Source: a virus (Duplodnaviria > Heunggongvirae > Uroviricota > Caudoviricetes). From it: DNA of 64,000 nucleotides. Under the pieces are notes generated by a model that worked only from the letters and a program-made list of their open reading frames with translations, was not told the origin of the DNA and made no database searches. A program made the position numbers and the translations under genes. The stretch covers positions 46,193 through 110,192 of IMG/VR virus record IMGVR_UViG_2864804954_000001, one strand, 5' to 3'. Below are positions 45,442-53,525 of this stretch, piece by piece; within the stretch, counting starts at the first letter, position 1, and the number at the start of each line of letters is the position of its first letter.

Positions 45442-46080
45442 TCAATGGAGCAACTGTCCATTTTTTAGCTGCTCAGCATATTCAGCAAAGGCCTCTGTGC
45501 GAATCCCTGCGCGAATAATAAAGCAAGCATCGGCTAAGTGTTCGTTGTCGTTGATGATCGGATATTCCTTCTGATCTTTACGCTTGGTCTTTGCGCGTAA
45601 CCAAGGTGCGTCAGGGAATAGTTTTGTCGCTGCCTCAATCATTTCATGCTTGGTTGCTGTAATGTCGCTACAGCCCGCCAGTTTCGCTGCTGAGGGCGAG
45701 ACTTCAATCAAGGGCTTGGGACACGTCCCAAGCAGCCCCAAGCTCACACCGTATGACGTCATAGCGCGACTTGATTGTGAACCGATGGGAATCTCTGCAA
45801 TGACGATGTCTGCATCTTTTACCGCCTCATGAAAGGCTGCGCTGAGAATTTTGGCACGACGTAGATCGTCAGAGCCAACCGAGACACCTTTCGGCAGCTC
45901 CCGCACCTTCGTCACTTTGCCTTCACGCGACTTCTTCAGGCGTTCGACTTTGCCGTCTTCTGTCTGTGCCAATTTAAGATCGTAGACTTCGTAATTTTCG
46001 GGGTTGTCCAAATCTACCATTGCTATCGCAAGTCCCATATTTGAAAGCGCAGGGTCGCAACCGACCACTTTGATTTTCAT
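45442..46080 (-). CDS. RuvC-like Holliday junction resolvase (212 aa)
   Basis: N-terminal KIKVVGCDPALSNMGLAI (RuvC D7 region) and C-terminal NEHLADACFI (catalytic D/H region). Confidence 0.5.
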   Translation of the reverse strand: MKIKVVGCDPALSNMGLAIAMVDLDNPENYEVYDLKLAQTEDGKVERLKKSREGKVTKVRELPKGVSVGSDDLRRAKILSAAFHEAVKDADIVIAEIPIGSQSSRAMTSYGVSLGLLGTCPKPLIEVSPSAAKLAGCSDITATKHEMIEAATKLFPDAPWLRAKTKRKDQKEYPIINDNEHLADACFIIRAGIRTEAFAEYAEQLKNGQLLH

Positions 46081-46182
46081 GTGTTGTTTCCTTTTTGGTT
46101 GGACGGTCGTTTCGAGTGACCGTGTTGGGAGTTGGGAGTGCCGTTCGCTACCGTAATATTTATAAGTAATTCTAGTAAGAAT

Positions 46183-46220
46183 CTATATTAAATATACGAT
46201 AGCTATGGCGGTTCCCAAGT
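46183..46220 (-). repeat. promoter-like repeat R3 (minus orientation) upstream of ruvC-like operon
   Basis: Minus: CTTGGGAACCGCCATAGCTATCGTATATTTAATATAG. Confidence 0.4.
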
Positions 46221-46222
46221 GA

Positions 46223-46795
46223 TTACCAAGAACCTTCCTGAGTGTAGGCTTTGCTGTCACCTGTGCGCTTGATCTGACGTTGGCGGTCGCGCTCTGCGTA
46301 TTCGCGTTGCAGATTCACCACGTTGTTGTTAATGTCATCCATTGCGGTAAGGAAATACTTGGTCAGCACCGCTTTAAATTCGCTGCCGAACATATCAACC
46401 GCCTTGTCGAATGGAACAATCAAGTAACCGACATCACGGACGATCGCGGTAGGCTTAAATAGAATATTCACCATCGACTTTGAGCGTTGTACGTCCGACA
46501 GCTCGAAGCCGTAAAAGTTAAACACTTCACCCGCAAGAAAGTGTCTGGCACTTGGTACTCCGTTGCCGTTAAGTTGCACTACCTGATTGCCTGATTCAAG
46601 CAAGGTGAAGATCGGCAAGACGTTTGGGTCTCGAAGTTTGTTCTTCAGCACCTCATCGTTGAGTTCATCAATGGCGCAGGCCATTAAATCCTCATAACGC
46701 TCCCGAAATTCGGCACGATCAGCATCAGCTTCCTTTTCGTCTTGCTCTGCTTCGTTGACAACCTCTGCCAACAGTTCGAGTTCAAGTTCATTCAT
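46223..46795 (-). CDS. hypothetical acidic protein (190 aa)
   Basis: ORF with no recognisable motif. Confidence 0.45.
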   Translation of the reverse strand: MNELELELLAEVVNEAEQDEKEADADRAEFRERYEDLMACAIDELNDEVLKNKLRDPNVLPIFTLLESGNQVVQLNGNGVPSARHFLAGEVFNFYGFELSDVQRSKSMVNILFKPTAIVRDVGYLIVPFDKAVDMFGSEFKAVLTKYFLTAMDDINNNVVNLQREYAERDRQRQIKRTGDSKAYTQEGSW

Positions 46796-46857
46796 GTTTC
46801 AATTTTCCCTTTGATTTAACGCGCCGTGTCATCAAGGTATGCAATCGCATACGCTAG

Positions 46858-46902
46858 ACAACAAAAAACGCTAGAAACGCAAATCATGCGAATCTAGCGT
46901 GC
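46858..46902 (-). terminator. intrinsic terminator after sbcC-like gene
   Basis: Minus: ACGCTAGA-...-TCTAGCGT then TTTTTTGTTG. Confidence 0.45.
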
Positions 46903-46908
46903 GTCCTA

Positions 46909-46936
46909 ATTGCTATTTTAGTGACTTACTTTGTAG
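46909..46936. promoter_or_regulatory. degenerate PAL half-site
   Basis: TAGTGACTTACTTTG...TATCACCGCT. Only the right arm is conserved. Confidence 0.3.
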
Positions 46937-48863
46937 TATCACCGCTCACGACGGATTGACCGCCTTTTTTCTGCACAACAATGACTTGGTCGATGTAGTC
47001 TCGGAGTTCATTGTGAGAAATCACCAGGACTGTGCCACGCTCACGCGCTTTACGTTCCAACACACCCATCAATCGCTCGATGCCTGCTTCATCAAGAGCG
47101 TCGTCAATTTCATCACCAATGAACAATTGAATCGGCTTTGTTGCGCGTGATGCCACCAAGTCTTGCAGTGCCAATGCGGTTGCAAGGCGCACCTTACGCT
47201 TTTCACCGCCTGACAACCCTGCGAAGCTGTCAGAGCCACAATCGTTCGTGACCGCAATGGAGAACTTCTCTTTCAACTCACCTTTGGCAGTCGTTGTCAG
47301 TGTGGTCCACGTTGCGTGAATGTTGCCATCAGATAGCGCACCCAAGTAGTCGCGTGTACGATCATTCAAAAATGGCGTCACAGTATCAAGGATGTGCGCA
47401 CGGACACCACCCTGACCATACACGCCCACCGCTGCGGTATGCAGATCAACAAGCTCATTGGCTTTTTCAAACATAGCTTCAAGTTCAGTGTGCTTCGTCT
47501 TTAAGGCGTCAAGTGTCTCTTGGATTTTCTTCACTGAATCGGTGAATGGGTTTGCTTCATTGTAAAGTTCGTTCGCAACCTTCTTGATGCCTTCGATGTT
47601 GCTCTTGTGCATGTCAATTTTGGTTTTTACACCTTCCAATGAGCTGAGTGCATTCTCAATGGTACGCACTTTGTTGGTGAGTTCGATAACATCTACCGTC
47701 GGAGCGTCTTTAGCAATCTGCTCCAACTCTTTTGCTTCCGCTAACTTAGCATCAGCGGTCGCTTTCAACTGCTTGGCTTCTGCTGCGCTGCTTTCTGCTG
47801 CTGTACGCTTTGCGGTTCGCGCTGCTTCAATGTCATGATCACAAATCGTTTTGCCGCATTCTTTACAGCCTGTACCAACAAGCGATGTGATGGTTTTGAT
47901 CTCTGCAACTTGACCGCGAACCGAGCTAAGCTTGTGGTCGTAGTCTCGCTGCAGGAGTTGTGCTTCGTGATTGGCTTTCTTCCAAGCGTCGCTCTTGTCT
48001 TGAGCTGCTTTGTTGGTGTCTTTTGCGGAAGCGATTGCTGCCTCCAAACGCGATTTTCCACCAAGCAGGGCAGACTCGTCGAATTTGGCTTTGTGATCTT
48101 CTGCCGCCTTGATCGCTTCCTGTTCATGGAGTACGCCAGCAAGTTTGGCTTTAACGCGGTCGCGCTTGGTTTCATCGAACTCTTTCTCTTTTTGTTGTGT
48201 ATCTTCGAGGTTTTTTGATGTGAGGTGAATGCGGTCGATCGCCAATTGCAATGCGCTTTTGATTTCGTCCGCTTTGAGTTTTTCAGTCTTCAGTTTGGCT
48301 CTTGCGATCTCATGTGCCTTCTCAAGCATCTGAACACCCGCAGCCTCCTCAATGAGTACCTTTAAGAATTTGTCGGTCATTGCAGGCAAGTCCGGCATCT
48401 TCTCCTGACCCGCATAGATGGATGACGTGAACACATCATAAGAACAACCCAAGATCGTGTTGACAACCTCTTGCGTTTCCTTGTCTGTGCCTTTCGTCAA
48501 CGACGTTTCGACCGTGCCCATTGAATCGAGTTTGTCAACAAGCAATGCGTTCTTGTTGGTGCTATGTTTGCGGTGACGCGTCACGCGGTAGACCGCGCCA
48601 TCATCTTCAATCAATACTTGACCGATACACTCTTTTTTGGCTGTGCGGTTGACGACTGCGTCACCTGTAATGCCACGCGCTGTGACGCCATGCAGCACCC
48701 AACACAAACCATCGACGATAGAGGACTTGCCCGCACCGTTTGATTTAGCGGAGCTGTCTTGTTCGTTCTCGCCTTGAATCAGGATGAGCCCTCGATCAGC
48801 CAAGTCAATTGCGGCCTTGCCGATGGTAAGGAAGTTTTGTAAATCAAGTTCTAAAAATCGCAT
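46926..48863 (-). CDS. SbcC/Rad50-like ATPase, T4 gp46-like (645 aa)
   Basis: Walker A NGAGKSSI, long coiled-coil with a CxxC zinc hook (GCKECGKTIC), signature LSGGEKRKVRLA, Walker B LFIGDEIDDALD. Confidence 0.75.
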   Translation of the reverse strand: MRFLELDLQNFLTIGKAAIDLADRGLILIQGENEQDSSAKSNGAGKSSIVDGLCWVLHGVTARGITGDAVVNRTAKKECIGQVLIEDDGAVYRVTRHRKHSTNKNALLVDKLDSMGTVETSLTKGTDKETQEVVNTILGCSYDVFTSSIYAGQEKMPDLPAMTDKFLKVLIEEAAGVQMLEKAHEIARAKLKTEKLKADEIKSALQLAIDRIHLTSKNLEDTQQKEKEFDETKRDRVKAKLAGVLHEQEAIKAAEDHKAKFDESALLGGKSRLEAAIASAKDTNKAAQDKSDAWKKANHEAQLLQRDYDHKLSSVRGQVAEIKTITSLVGTGCKECGKTICDHDIEAARTAKRTAAESSAAEAKQLKATADAKLAEAKELEQIAKDAPTVDVIELTNKVRTIENALSSLEGVKTKIDMHKSNIEGIKKVANELYNEANPFTDSVKKIQETLDALKTKHTELEAMFEKANELVDLHTAAVGVYGQGGVRAHILDTVTPFLNDRTRDYLGALSDGNIHATWTTLTTTAKGELKEKFSIAVTNDCGSDSFAGLSGGEKRKVRLATALALQDLVASRATKPIQLFIGDEIDDALDEAGIERLMGVLERKARERGTVLVISHNELRDYIDQVIVVQKKGGQSVVSGDTTK

Positions 48864-48873
48864 GTCTTACTCC

Positions 48874-49047
48874 TTACGCGAACAGGTTGGCGGCGATGAC
48901 GATGAATGAAAGCACCAATAACACTTCGTCTGCATACTTACGACGAAAAATCTTGAACAACAGCGGACGGCCAGGGATTGCCTGCACGCTGAGAACTAAC
49001 GCAATGGCAAGGAGAATGTTTGATGCGATAAGTGCGTAAAAGGTCAT
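48874..49047 (-). CDS. possible small 2-TM membrane protein (57 aa)
   Basis: MTFYALIASNILLAIALVLSV...VLLVLSFIVIAANLFA. ATGA overlap with the sbcD-like stop. Confidence 0.3.
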   Translation of the reverse strand: MTFYALIASNILLAIALVLSVQAIPGRPLLFKIFRRKYADEVLLVLSFIVIAANLFA

Positions 49048-50129
49048 TCTGCTGACTCCATACGTGCTTCTGCCAAGATTGTGGCGCACAATTTGTTTAG
49101 TGCCACTTTGTCTACTGCAGGGGATTTGTTGACAAATTCTGTGACAGATTCTTCGATACTGGCACCCGCCTTCACAGTGGAGCTTGAGCGTGATGCTTCG
49201 ATCACAACTTTGGTGGTGATGATCATCACACCCTTTGCGCCACAATCGGTTAAGAACTTACGGACACGCTCAACGTCTGCGGTCTTTGCTGAGTTGATCT
49301 TGGCGCGAACATACGCACCATCAACCGCTGCCTTGATTTCAACCTCGTCCATATCGCCGTCGATTTCGACAAAGTCTGGCGCATGTGACTTGTGCCACTT
49401 CACACCCGCATCAGAGACAATTAAGAAGCCTGCTTTTGATTTCAGGTCAGACCATGTTTGATGTGTGGACGCGCCGACTGAATAAACGCCGTTGCCAAAA
49501 TCTTTGTGGTGGTGGTAGTGACCGCTGAATACATACTTGAAGCCATAGTCTGACAAGTCTTTGTCTGTCATGCCGTGCGCAGGCAGACCCGCAATTACAC
49601 CATCAACAGGCGCATGAATCATTAAAGCCCAATCGTTGTGACGGTCACTGTACATGCTGCCATTGATGTCATCGACCGCTTTTGCAATGGCTGCTTTGAG
49701 CGTTGCGACATCCTGAATCCAGGGAATCATTACAACGCGGTCATCGCCAAAGAATGTTGTCTCATTTACGATTTCACACCCGATACCTTCAAGTGCGGTA
49801 ATTGCAGAAGATACGCGCTGCGCGTCACGCCCTTCTAAGTCATGGTTGCCCGCCAAAATGCGAACCTTCAAACCAAGCTCTTTAATAATGCGACTGTAGA
49901 CGTCGAGCGTTGGATTTAATACTGACGGTGCAATGTTACCGCGAACGTGAAATAGATCGCCTGTGTGATACATCGTGCTGCCGCCTTGCGCTTTAATTTC
50001 ACAAGCAAGACGCCACTTTTCGTCGAGAATCGTTTGAAGGCGGTTATTAACACCTGAAGGTAGTATGGTTGAGAAGGCGTGCCAGTTATGGCAGTGAGTA
50101 TCTGACTGAATACCGTAAGGTAGTTTCAT
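49044..50129 (-). CDS. SbcD/Mre11-like nuclease, T4 gp47-like (361 aa)
   Basis: Phosphoesterase motifs QSDTHCH, GDLFH, LAGNHD, FSGHYHHH. Confidence 0.75.
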   Translation of the reverse strand: MKLPYGIQSDTHCHNWHAFSTILPSGVNNRLQTILDEKWRLACEIKAQGGSTMYHTGDLFHVRGNIAPSVLNPTLDVYSRIIKELGLKVRILAGNHDLEGRDAQRVSSAITALEGIGCEIVNETTFFGDDRVVMIPWIQDVATLKAAIAKAVDDINGSMYSDRHNDWALMIHAPVDGVIAGLPAHGMTDKDLSDYGFKYVFSGHYHHHKDFGNGVYSVGASTHQTWSDLKSKAGFLIVSDAGVKWHKSHAPDFVEIDGDMDEVEIKAAVDGAYVRAKINSAKTADVERVRKFLTDCGAKGVMIITTKVVIEASRSSSTVKAGASIEESVTEFVNKSPAVDKVALNKLCATILAEARMESAE

Positions 50130-50185
50130 ATTCGTTCCAGTTAGTTGTTCAATTGTTTGTGCGTTTCGAGCGTATTATATAACAA

Positions 50186-50210
50186 GTTAAGTCACCCATA
50201 ACTTACTTAT
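50186..50210. promoter_or_regulatory. palindromic element PAL upstream of sbcD-like gene
   Basis: GTTAAGTCACCCATAACTTACTTAT followed (minus sense) by TATAAT-ACGCTCGAAACGCAC. Confidence 0.45.
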
Positions 50211-50620
50211 TCTGGGTAGTTTTTAGGTTTGTAGTACACATGCCCACCGACACGACCAAGTGATGTAAAATCATGTCGCCATTTCGGACGTGTGGATGGG
50301 GTGTGGAAGTTGCTCACATTGCGGTACTTCGTAGGTACATCAAGTGAGCCGCCCAGTGCCTTGCGAGCGATCATTTGGCATTCCTCCCACGTGTCTTGTT
50401 CTTGCGGTTTTCCTGCAGGACGTAATGTTCTGCCGACAACTAAGTGCTTTGTCCAACTGAACTGCGAGGGTCTCATAACTTCGGCACAGACATTGCTATT
50501 GTTGTCTCTTGCGCGGTTAATGGTTGTTTGTGCAATGATTTTTTTGCCTAGCTCTGGTTCACCACGTCCTTCATGGTAAATGTTCAAAGCTAGGCAGGTC
50601 AGCGCGGTTGAAAGTATCAT
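50207..50620 (-). CDS. SleB/CwlJ-type cell-wall hydrolase, putative endolysin (137 aa)
   Basis: ALNIYHEGRGEP...TINRAR...CAEVMRPSQFSW matches the Hydrolase_2 family. Start set at MILSTAL. Confidence 0.5.
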   Translation of the reverse strand: MILSTALTCLALNIYHEGRGEPELGKKIIAQTTINRARDNNSNVCAEVMRPSQFSWTKHLVVGRTLRPAGKPQEQDTWEECQMIARKALGGSLDVPTKYRNVSNFHTPSTRPKWRHDFTSLGRVGGHVYYKPKNYPE

Positions 50621-50621
50621 T

Positions 50622-50828
50622 TTAGGGTCTAACTCCTCGTTGAATCTTTCGCACAGCGTTGTGCCAATTCCTCGCTGCGTGACTGCATGACGGAGAGCCT
50701 GGGACGGGTAATGTGTACCCATTTGGTGACTTTAGAACGACATGGTTGCCACCTCGACGGTAGGACCAGCCATTTTTGATGAGGGATTGCGCTGTGCTTT
50801 GGATTGATTTGTCGTTTGATAATCGCAT
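50622..50828 (-). CDS. HicA/YcfA-like small protein (68 aa)
   Basis: LIKNGWSYRRGGNHVVLKSPNGYTLPVPG matches the HicA G(S/G)(S/N)H...P.G...VP pattern. Confidence 0.35.
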   Translation of the reverse strand: MRLSNDKSIQSTAQSLIKNGWSYRRGGNHVVLKSPNGYTLPVPGSPSCSHAARNWHNAVRKIQRGVRP

Positions 50829-50885
50829 TACATATTCTCCATATCGGTGAAAAATGAGCTTTATAGCTCTGTAATGCGATTATAT

Positions 50886-50913
50886 AAGTAAGTTACTGGT
50901 GACTTACTTTTAT
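50886..50913. promoter_or_regulatory. palindromic element PAL
   Basis: TAAGTAAGTTACTGGTGACTTACTTTTA upstream of the 50828/50620 operon. Confidence 0.45.
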
Positions 50914-50914
50914 T

Positions 50915-51301
50915 TTAACGAATTTCGAGGGCAGTTTCTAGGGCTTCGGCTGTATGTGAGGAATTGGCAACGAACAGATTGCGGTTCAAACGACGCATCG
51001 GCTCTTTGCCGGACACGTAATGAACCTCAGAAGGGGCGTTAAGGAAGTCCTGCATATTGGCGATATATGTGGTCTTTTTCTTGCCAATCTTATGCAGCAC
51101 GCCAATCTGTGTGCATCCTGCCGCTTCTGCTTGGCGAATGGTTGCTGTCGGCAATGTCCAAGCGTTGTGCTTGTGATCGAGAGCGCGTGTCTTTTCGCCA
51201 CCGATATGTTCAAGGTAAAGCTTGCGGCCATCCCCAAAGTCGTAATAGCGACCCTTGAATTTGCCGTTTACCGTTCTGTCTGTGCGTTTAATCACTACCA
51301 T
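50915..51301 (-). CDS. hypothetical protein (128 aa)
   Basis: ORF. First gene of the cluster after the palindromic element at 50886-50913. Confidence 0.45.
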   Translation of the reverse strand: MVVIKRTDRTVNGKFKGRYYDFGDGRKLYLEHIGGEKTRALDHKHNAWTLPTATIRQAEAAGCTQIGVLHKIGKKKTTYIANMQDFLNAPSEVHYVSGKEPMRRLNRNLFVANSSHTAEALETALEIR

Positions 51302-51711
51302 GCTCCAAATGCTTTGTTGTTTCTCATTTTGTTGACCGTTCCAAGATCAACCTGAACTGTCATTAATCCTCTAGTGAACTGTGCGACAAGCTGTGGTGAA
51401 GGCTGATAGGTGAGAAATAGCTCCTCGACCTGTTCGGCAATTGCTACAAATGACGTCTCAAAGGTGCAGCTTTCGGTATGCTCAATCAAACCCCAACCTT
51501 GTTTCTTTAGGCTGTTCACTTTCATCATGGCAGCGTAATGCAGCGAGCCATTAATGAGCGATTGTGAGTTGTTGATCGCCAAGCTGCTGACAATGCAAAA
51601 CCAAGACGAGTTGCTGTGGATGTTGTAGACCAATACAACGATGCACCCGACATCATTCTTAGACAGCTTCCACACATAAAGTCTCAAGTCTGAATCTGGA
51701 ATCACGACCAT
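51295..51711 (-). CDS. tandem-array protein 1 with C-terminal ...NKAFGAW (138 aa)
   Basis: Shares the C-terminal tail and the conserved junction TTTGGAGCATGGTCATGA with its neighbours. Confidence 0.5.
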   Translation of the reverse strand: MVVIPDSDLRLYVWKLSKNDVGCIVVLVYNIHSNSSWFCIVSSLAINNSQSLINGSLHYAAMMKVNSLKKQGWGLIEHTESCTFETSFVAIAEQVEELFLTYQPSPQLVAQFTRGLMTVQVDLGTVNKMRNNKAFGAW

Positions 51712-52166
51712 GCTCCAAACGCTTTGTAGTTCTTCACGCCTAAGACAACTGGGTCGAACGGCATTTCCATGAGTTTGAAATACTCAATGATCGTAAACTC
51801 GTCCATGATTGCCTTTAGGTGCGTAAACAATTGGGTCTGATCGACAACGGTGTTGAAGTCATACGCTGTGCGGACATCATCCTGTGCGCCAGGGTGAAGA
51901 ACAATCTCCCATCCGTAGCGACCATGCTGCCGTTTGTACTGCTCAAACTCCCGATAAACCAAACCTTCGCCCGACTTAACGAGCTTCGGTGGCTCTTGTC
52001 TGTCTTTTGGTTGATCCAGTCTGACGATGATGCTGAACGGATTTCTTTTGTGGGATTGGTTGGCAACAATACAGATTAACTGCATCTGTTCTTCATCGTT
52101 GGAGGTACTTTTGAAGGTTGCTGTTGCCATTGTCAGAACGCGAAAGTTATCATCACTCATGACCAT
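51702..52166 (-). CDS. tandem-array protein 2 with C-terminal ...NYKAFGAWS (154 aa)
   Basis: Same tail and junction. Confidence 0.5.
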   Translation of the reverse strand: MVMSDDNFRVLTMATATFKSTSNDEEQMQLICIVANQSHKRNPFSIIVRLDQPKDRQEPPKLVKSGEGLVYREFEQYKRQHGRYGWEIVLHPGAQDDVRTAYDFNTVVDQTQLFTHLKAIMDEFTIIEYFKLMEMPFDPVVLGVKNYKAFGAWS

Positions 52167-52588
52167 GCTCCAAAATTACCGTATCGCTCGCTTGGATCTT
52201 CCTTTAGATCAAGTTCCTGTGAACCTGTAACAGCCTGAACAAGTGTATGAATGACAATCTCGTCATTCGTGCCAATACGGATGAGGTCAATCAAAGCGTC
52301 CAAGCCTTTTTGTTTGCTGACGTCTTGGTTGTACGTGCTATTGCGGTAAATCGAATCGTAGCCGCTATCTCTGATCGCCTCACAGAAGTCTTCAAGACCT
52401 TCAAGGCTTGGGCTTTCATAAGTGACGTGGCTTTTCAGATTAATCTTTTCGATCTCTTTGCCGTTGTCTCGCAAGGCGAATACCTGACGACGTTTAATCT
52501 CAGGCGTATTAATAACGAGGATGCTGATGCGGTCGTCCAGTGTTTTGTTTTTGTATTCACTGATGAATCCCGATACGATCATGACCAT
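52157..52588 (-). CDS. tandem-array protein 3 with C-terminal ...RYGNFGAWS (143 aa)
   Basis: Same tail and junction. Confidence 0.5.
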   Translation of the reverse strand: MVMIVSGFISEYKNKTLDDRISILVINTPEIKRRQVFALRDNGKEIEKINLKSHVTYESPSLEGLEDFCEAIRDSGYDSIYRNSTYNQDVSKQKGLDALIDLIRIGTNDEIVIHTLVQAVTGSQELDLKEDPSERYGNFGAWS

Positions 52589-53037
52589 GCTCCAAAGTTA
52601 GCGTAAGTTTCTTGTTCCAGTGTCAACTTTGCCTCGCGCACTTCTTCTGCCATAGCGATAGACTTGTTGATGTTTTCAATAAACAGGCGAAGTTGATCTT
52701 CTTTGTAAATTGCGGAACGAATATGGTTAGCAATGTCGAGATTGGCTTCATCTGTACCGTCGCAGTCGATAGTGACTTCTACTAAAGGGTCTCCTGTAGT
52801 TACCCAGCCCTTTTTTGCATAGTCATCCCAAAGCTCGTTGTGCTTTTCGGCCGAGTCACTCAGGCTCTCAAACGTATGGATTTTGGCTACTTCAGCACCA
52901 AAACATTCAGCCATCAAAAAGATGCCAAGCACCTGATTGTCGAAGCAGACAAGGTGTCTTGCAGGAACGGTCGATTCAAGAATGAACTCGGACACAATTA
53001 CGTCAAAATGATGTCGTTTCATTACCAAGCCGCCCAT
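52579..53037 (-). CDS. tandem-array protein 4 with C-terminal ...TYANFGAWS (152 aa)
   Basis: Same tail and junction. Confidence 0.5.
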   Translation of the reverse strand: MGGLVMKRHHFDVIVSEFILESTVPARHLVCFDNQVLGIFLMAECFGAEVAKIHTFESLSDSAEKHNELWDDYAKKGWVTTGDPLVEVTIDCDGTDEANLDIANHIRSAIYKEDQLRLFIENINKSIAMAEEVREAKLTLEQETYANFGAWS

Positions 53038-53525
53038 GTGTCTTTGTAGCGTAATTCGCGTTCTTTGGCTGCCAACTCAGCTTGTATGCGTTCGAGTTCT
53101 TCGCGTTGTCGTCTTTCTGTTTCGCGCTGTATCAGTATTGCGGTTCTAGCTTCTTCTTTCGCTTTCTGCTCTGCTTTGTATTGTTCAAGCTGTCTTTGCT
53201 TTTCAGCTTTCTTTTCTAGCTCTCGCAGCTTCTCAGCTTTCATTTCAGCGAGCCAAAGACTGTACTCAGCTTTCGTGAAGCGTGTCTTGTAGGTTGCGTT
53301 GTAACGCTCATTCTTGCGGAGAAAACTATCGAGGACGTGGTGCAGACTTGCACTCATTCGCGTGTGCTTGGAGCGCGGTACTTTTGGGTCTGTACCGCGT
53401 AGGTCAAGAAAGTATTCGATGGCAGTTAGATTGCCTTTTTTGATTAAGTCTATTGGCTTAAAGCCTGCGTACACGCCAGAAGCCAAAGGTTCATCTATTT
53501 CTATGAATGATGATCTTGAACTCAC
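53022..53525 (-). CDS. coiled-coil protein with C-terminal ...RYKDTWAAW (167 aa)
   Basis: Long charged helix (KAEKLRELEKKAEKQRQLEQYKAEQKAKEE) then the AW tail. Confidence 0.45.
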   Translation of the reverse strand: MSSRSSFIEIDEPLASGVYAGFKPIDLIKKGNLTAIEYFLDLRGTDPKVPRSKHTRMSASLHHVLDSFLRKNERYNATYKTRFTKAEYSLWLAEMKAEKLRELEKKAEKQRQLEQYKAEQKAKEEARTAILIQRETERRQREELERIQAELAAKERELRYKDTWAAW

